From the NCBI RefSeq assembly GCF_964213995.1, contig NC_135805.1:41726001-41790000 (forward strand): DNA of 64,000 bases. Reading direction: 5' to 3'. Origin of the DNA: Mustelus asterias (Eukaryota). Position 1 is the stretch's first letter, and every line of letters starts with the position of its first letter. Below are positions 59,766-64,000 of the stretch, one piece after another. Position numbers and translations under genes: made by a program. Under the pieces are notes generated by a model, which saw only the letters and a program-made list of their open reading frames with translations, had not been told where the DNA came from and ran no database searches.

Positions 59766-60440
59766 GGCTGGATTTTCCCCAGGATTTTGGGATCCCGACA
59801 TCAAGACCAACTGCGAGTCCAGACACTGCACTTCGGCTAACAAGACTGGCCACAAAATCTTCTGGGATGCTCCTACTTCCCAATTGGCCACTTCCTTGTT
59901 TGTCATTCTCTTAAGGATAGTAGGTGGACTCTCAATGCTGGAGGACCAACCAGAGGGTCAGCAGCTCTGGAGGTTTAGCAGCTCCACCAGGAGAGGTGTG
60001 CACTGCTGAGGCAGGTTGGCAACCACAAGGGCACTGCAACATTGAATTCCCCCACTGGCCTACACAGAAGGCAGAAAACAAAATCTCCCAAAGTGGGTCG
60101 GGTCATTGGGGTGGAGGGGAAAGCCGTCCAAAGTATCAGGCTCAGCAGACCAGATATTGCAGCCTTTCATTGTCTGGCCCCATCAGTGGGGTCTGGAACC
60201 TCTTTCTTTGATGATCCCAATGCCTGTAACAGGTAGACAAGTGGTCTCTGAAAGTGTGTCTGTGGGAAAGTAATAGCAAGGTCACCAAATCATCCTTAAC
60301 CAGCCTAATTAGACGCCTACAGTGTAGCCAGCCATTCCGATTCACAGCCTGCCCCTGGGACAATAATGGGAATGCATCAGCGAGCTATCTCCTATGACTT
60401 CCCCTGGTTCCAGACTCCCCTACCTCCAAGCCTTGCAACG
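59766..60440. mobile_element. PIF/Harbinger-like non-autonomous element
   Basis: Starts GGCTGGATTTTCC; the right end is uncertain. Confidence 0.45.
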
Positions 60441-60989
60441 CAGGGACAAGATACACCAACCTCAAAATGTCGAGGAATACAAATGAGCCATTTCCCTCCT
60501 ACCCGCTGAGACAGCCAGACGAATTTGTAATGAGCCAAAGACTATGTCATGTGCGTGAGCAGAATGATGGTTACTGGAATCAAATTTTGCAAACTTCTGT
60601 ACTGAACAAAAGAGCAATGAGTCACTTCATTTCAAATTTGGAATTTCAGGCAGTTCATCCTACTGTGTTGTCTCCATGTAAAATTATCTTTCTCATTATT
60701 TCTCATTGCTTGTCCCAGTGACTGTTATGTTCTCTTTAGTTTACTATTTGTAGGTCCCACTCCTCTTCATGTGCCTATAACTACGTCTCCTCCAGCTCCT
60801 CTCAAACTTAACCAATAGTCGTCAATACAAAACTGATCCCTGATATCATTGGACAGCTTGGTCAAGCATTAGCTTGTTGCATTCAACTGACCTTACACAG
60901 CAGATGATAACATCACCGCATCAGTCCAACTCAGTCCATTGATTTGTGGATAAGTGTTCTATCTCAATCCTAAACCATTTGAATACAAG

Positions 60990-61745
60990 TCTCCAGGTTG
61001 ATCCTGGGTATGGAGGGATTTTCTTATGGGCGGCACGGTGGCACAATAATTAGCACTGCTGCCTCATAGCGCCAGGGACCTGGGTCCAATTCCGGCCTTG
61101 AGTCACTGTCTGTGTGGAGTTTGCACATTCTCCCCGTGTCTGCGTGGATTTCCTCTGAGTGCTCTGGTTTCCTCCGACAGTCCAAAGGTGTGTGGGTTAG
61201 GTTGATTGGCCATGCTAAATTGCCCCTTAATGTCAGGGGGATTAGCTGGGTAAATATGTGGGGTTACTGGGTGGGACTGTTGTCGGTGCAGGTTTGATAG
61301 GCTGATTGGCCTCCTTCTGCACTGTAGGGATTCTATGATTGTATGAATTGGTTGGGCCTGTGTGAGAGGTGACCTTATTGAGACAGGGGAATTGACAGGA
61401 TAGATGCTGTGAGGTTGTTTCTCCTTGTGGGAGTGTCTAGGACCAGAGGACATCATTACAGAGTAACGGGTCATCCATTTAAGACAGAAATGAGGAGGAA
61501 TTTCTTCTCTCAGACAGCAGTGCGTCTGTGGAATTCTTTACCACAGAGGCTTGTAGAGGCTGGATCAGGGTATGTTTAAGGCTGAGATAGACAGATTTTT
61601 AATCAGTAAGGGAATAGTTGTTATGGGAATAAGGCAGAAAAGTGGAGCTAAGGATTATCACATCAGATCAGTCATGATCTCATTGAACGGTGGAGCAGAC
61701 TCGATGGGCCAAATGACCTACTTCCACTCCTCTGCCTTGTGCTGT
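60990..61745 (+). mobile_element. CR1 3' fragment interrupted by a full HE1 SINE at 61028-61346
   Basis: tttaagacagaaatgaggaggaatttcttctctcag; SINE head gggcggcacggtggcac. Confidence 0.88.
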
Positions 61746-62296
61746 CGTGATCTATATTGGTTTTCCAGATGTATGTTAGGAAGAATGAAATAGAATTGCA
61801 GATCATGTCCTTTCATAAGCAAGTAAAATAATTTTAATTAACTGTGCAAGTCAGGTCTGGCAGACAATTTTAAATGTAACAATAGCAAATATAATTTTCT
61901 TGCCTAGCCTTCAAAGGTTATTTATGATGCAGCTCGGGTGAAACCTATGACTGTAATTACCAGAACCTGACCACAATTAAACAATCTTTTACTATAATAC
62001 TACCTTTTATTAGTATGTACAACATGCAGTTGAGGATGAGAACTGCCATTGAAACAAGGAAATAAATGCATGTTATGAAACTGTTTAATGATTAACAGGC
62101 TCTGATAATCTTTTTACAGCCATTGGTTCAGCATAATGTGGCTTTATTTTGTTATACAGAGACCTTTAGTCAAGTCGGGAATAATACAAATTGCTTCTGT
62201 TATGTTTCAAGCTCTTTATATCAGACCTGACTTTCACTGTTAAGTAAACTATTTGACTTCTGTGTGAAAGGGATATTATTCATTACTTTACACCAT

Positions 62297-62417
62297 TGCC
62301 GGAACTTTACCACCTCATCCGCCCGCCTGAGGCTTGTAAGATCGCGCCTCAGGCCAACGGAGAATACCATTCTGTGAGCCTCACCTGCCCCAGAATCGGG
62401 GCGGTAAAATCTCGAGC
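62297..62417. mobile_element. PIF/Harbinger-type MITE (degenerate)
   Basis: gccggaactttacc ... ggtaaaatctcgagc. Confidence 0.55.
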
Positions 62418-62499
62418 TTCCATGCCCACATCTGTATGACAATGTTGAGATGCTCAAACTTTTTGTTGCCTTATTTGTTGCCTTCGTGGTAGGAGATAC

Positions 62500-62720
62500 A
62501 GGAAGGATCTTTACGCAGAGAGTGGTTGGGGTGTGGAATGAACTGCCTGCAGTGATAGTGGAGTCAGACACGTTAGGAACATTTAAGCGGTTATTGGATA
62601 GACACATGGAGCACACCAGGATGATAGGGAGTGGGATAGCTTGATCTTGGTTTCAGATAAAGCTCAGCACAACATCGTGGGCCAAAGGGCCTGTTCTGTG
62701 CTGTACTGTTCTATGTTCTT
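62500..62720 (+). mobile_element. CR1 extreme 3' fragment
   Basis: FTQRVVGVWNELP; tail (gttctat). Confidence 0.85.
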
Positions 62721-63177
62721 ATTTTCAAAAAGTGAAGGGTAAAACTTCCCAAGTTTCTCCCTTCACTTCCAGGAAGCCCAAGGGCATTCATTGTGCTAAC
62801 TTTTCCAGACACTAGGACCAGGAGGTTGGTGGGATTGGAGGGTTCATGTATTCCCAGGGGTGTTGCTCCAATGGATCTTCTCATTCCAGTAGCTGTGGGC
62901 AGACCTTTGACCCATACACCACAGCATCAGGGGCGGGCTTGTAGGATTCTGCAGGAAATTCTTTCCTTTCTGTCATTGGAAGCTTTCTGGGGAGTTCAGG
63001 AGATCTGCCATTAGGCCTTTTAAGTCTTCTGAAGTCCCAATTAAAGCTTGAATAAATATTCAAACCAGGAAGGGAATTGACTACCTTCTGGAGTTTGAGT
63101 AAATCTGGAGAGAGCTGAAGAGTTTTTTCTCAATGAATCTTAGGGAGTCTTTGTTTTAGATGACAGACTGTTTTACG

Positions 63178-64000
63178 TACAGAACAAAGAATAAAGAAAA
63201 TTGCAGCACAGGAACAGACCCTTCGGCTCTCCAAGCCTGCACCGACCATGCTGCCCGACTGAACTAAAACCCCCTACCCTTCCGGAGACCATATCCTTCT
63301 ATTCCCATCCTATTCATGTACTTGTCAAGACGTCCCTTAAAAGTCACTACCGTATCCGCTTCCACTACCTCCCCCAGCAACGAGTTCCAGGCACCCACCA
63401 CCCTCTGTGTAAAAAATTTGCCTCGTACATCTCCTTTAAACCTTGCCCCTCGCACCTTAAACCTGTGCCCCCTAGTAACTGACTCTTTCACCTTGGGAAA
63501 AAGCTTCTGACTATCCACTCTGTCCATGCCTCTCATAATCTTGTAGACTTCTTTCAGGTCGCCCCTCAACCTCCGTCATTCCAGTGAGAACAAACCAAGT
63601 TTCTCCAACCTCTCCTCATAACTAATGCCCTCCATACCAGGCAACATCCTGGTAAATTTTTTCTGTACCCTCTCCAAAGCCTCCACATCCTTCTGGTAGG
63701 GTGGCGACCAGAATAGAACACTATATTCCAAGTGCGGCCTCACTAAGGTTCTATAAGTCTGCAACATGACTTGCCAATTTTTTAACTCAATGCCCCGGCC
63801 GATGAAGGCAAGCATGCCGTATGCCTTCTTGACTACTTTCTCCACCTGCATTGCCACTTTCGGTGACCTGTGTACCTGTACATCCAGATCCCTTTGCCTA
63901 TCAATACTCTTCAGGGTTCTGCCATTTACTGCATATTTCCTATCTGTATTCGACCTTCCAAAATGCATTACCTCACATTTGTTTGGATTAAACTCCATCT
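63178..64000 (-). mobile_element. Young CR1 3' part (continues beyond the window)
   Basis: MEFNPNKCEVMHFG...LVRPHLEY...RGHRFKV; tail (agaacaa/agaataa). Confidence 0.95.

Noticed and set aside
1-64000. Prokaryotic systems (CRISPR arrays, operons, retrons)
   Set aside because: The sequence is vertebrate. All RTs are non-LTR retrotransposon types, and no regularly spaced repeat-spacer array was seen.

Overview
This window is eukaryotic, repeat-saturated, intronic or intergenic DNA, almost certainly from an elasmobranch (shark). The evidence is many HE1-type V-SINEs with their CR1/HER1-type partner LINEs, plus SacSINE1-like DeuSINEs. Nearly every ORF in the track is a fragment of a mobile element. 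Contents: (1) one near full-length CR1 LINE at ~14683-19407, with a duplicated 5' UTR monomer, a zinc-finger/leucine-zipper/SGNH-esterase ORF1 and an EN-RT ORF2; (2) about 20 truncated CR1 pieces; (3) RTE, Rex1/Babar, L2 and a second CR1/L2-type LINE family; (4) Penelope-like elements with GIY-YIG ends and minimal hammerhead-ribozyme (HHR) motifs; (5) PIF/Harbinger-type MITEs and transposase relics; (6) two LTR-like pieces. I could not name a host gene, but several TE-free islands carry strong isolated splice signals. The most notable observations are a TSD-flanked ~240-bp palindrome built from two back-to-back HHR arms with a U3-A8 core variant; a U2-snRNA-headed, poly(A)-tailed retroposon family (two copies); headless V-SINE copies that start at an internal 3' splice-acceptor-like site; loss of esterase catalytic residues in a young CR1; and several templated inversions and deep TE nests. 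All family assignments come from motif recognition by eye with no database search, and boundaries of old fragments are approximate.
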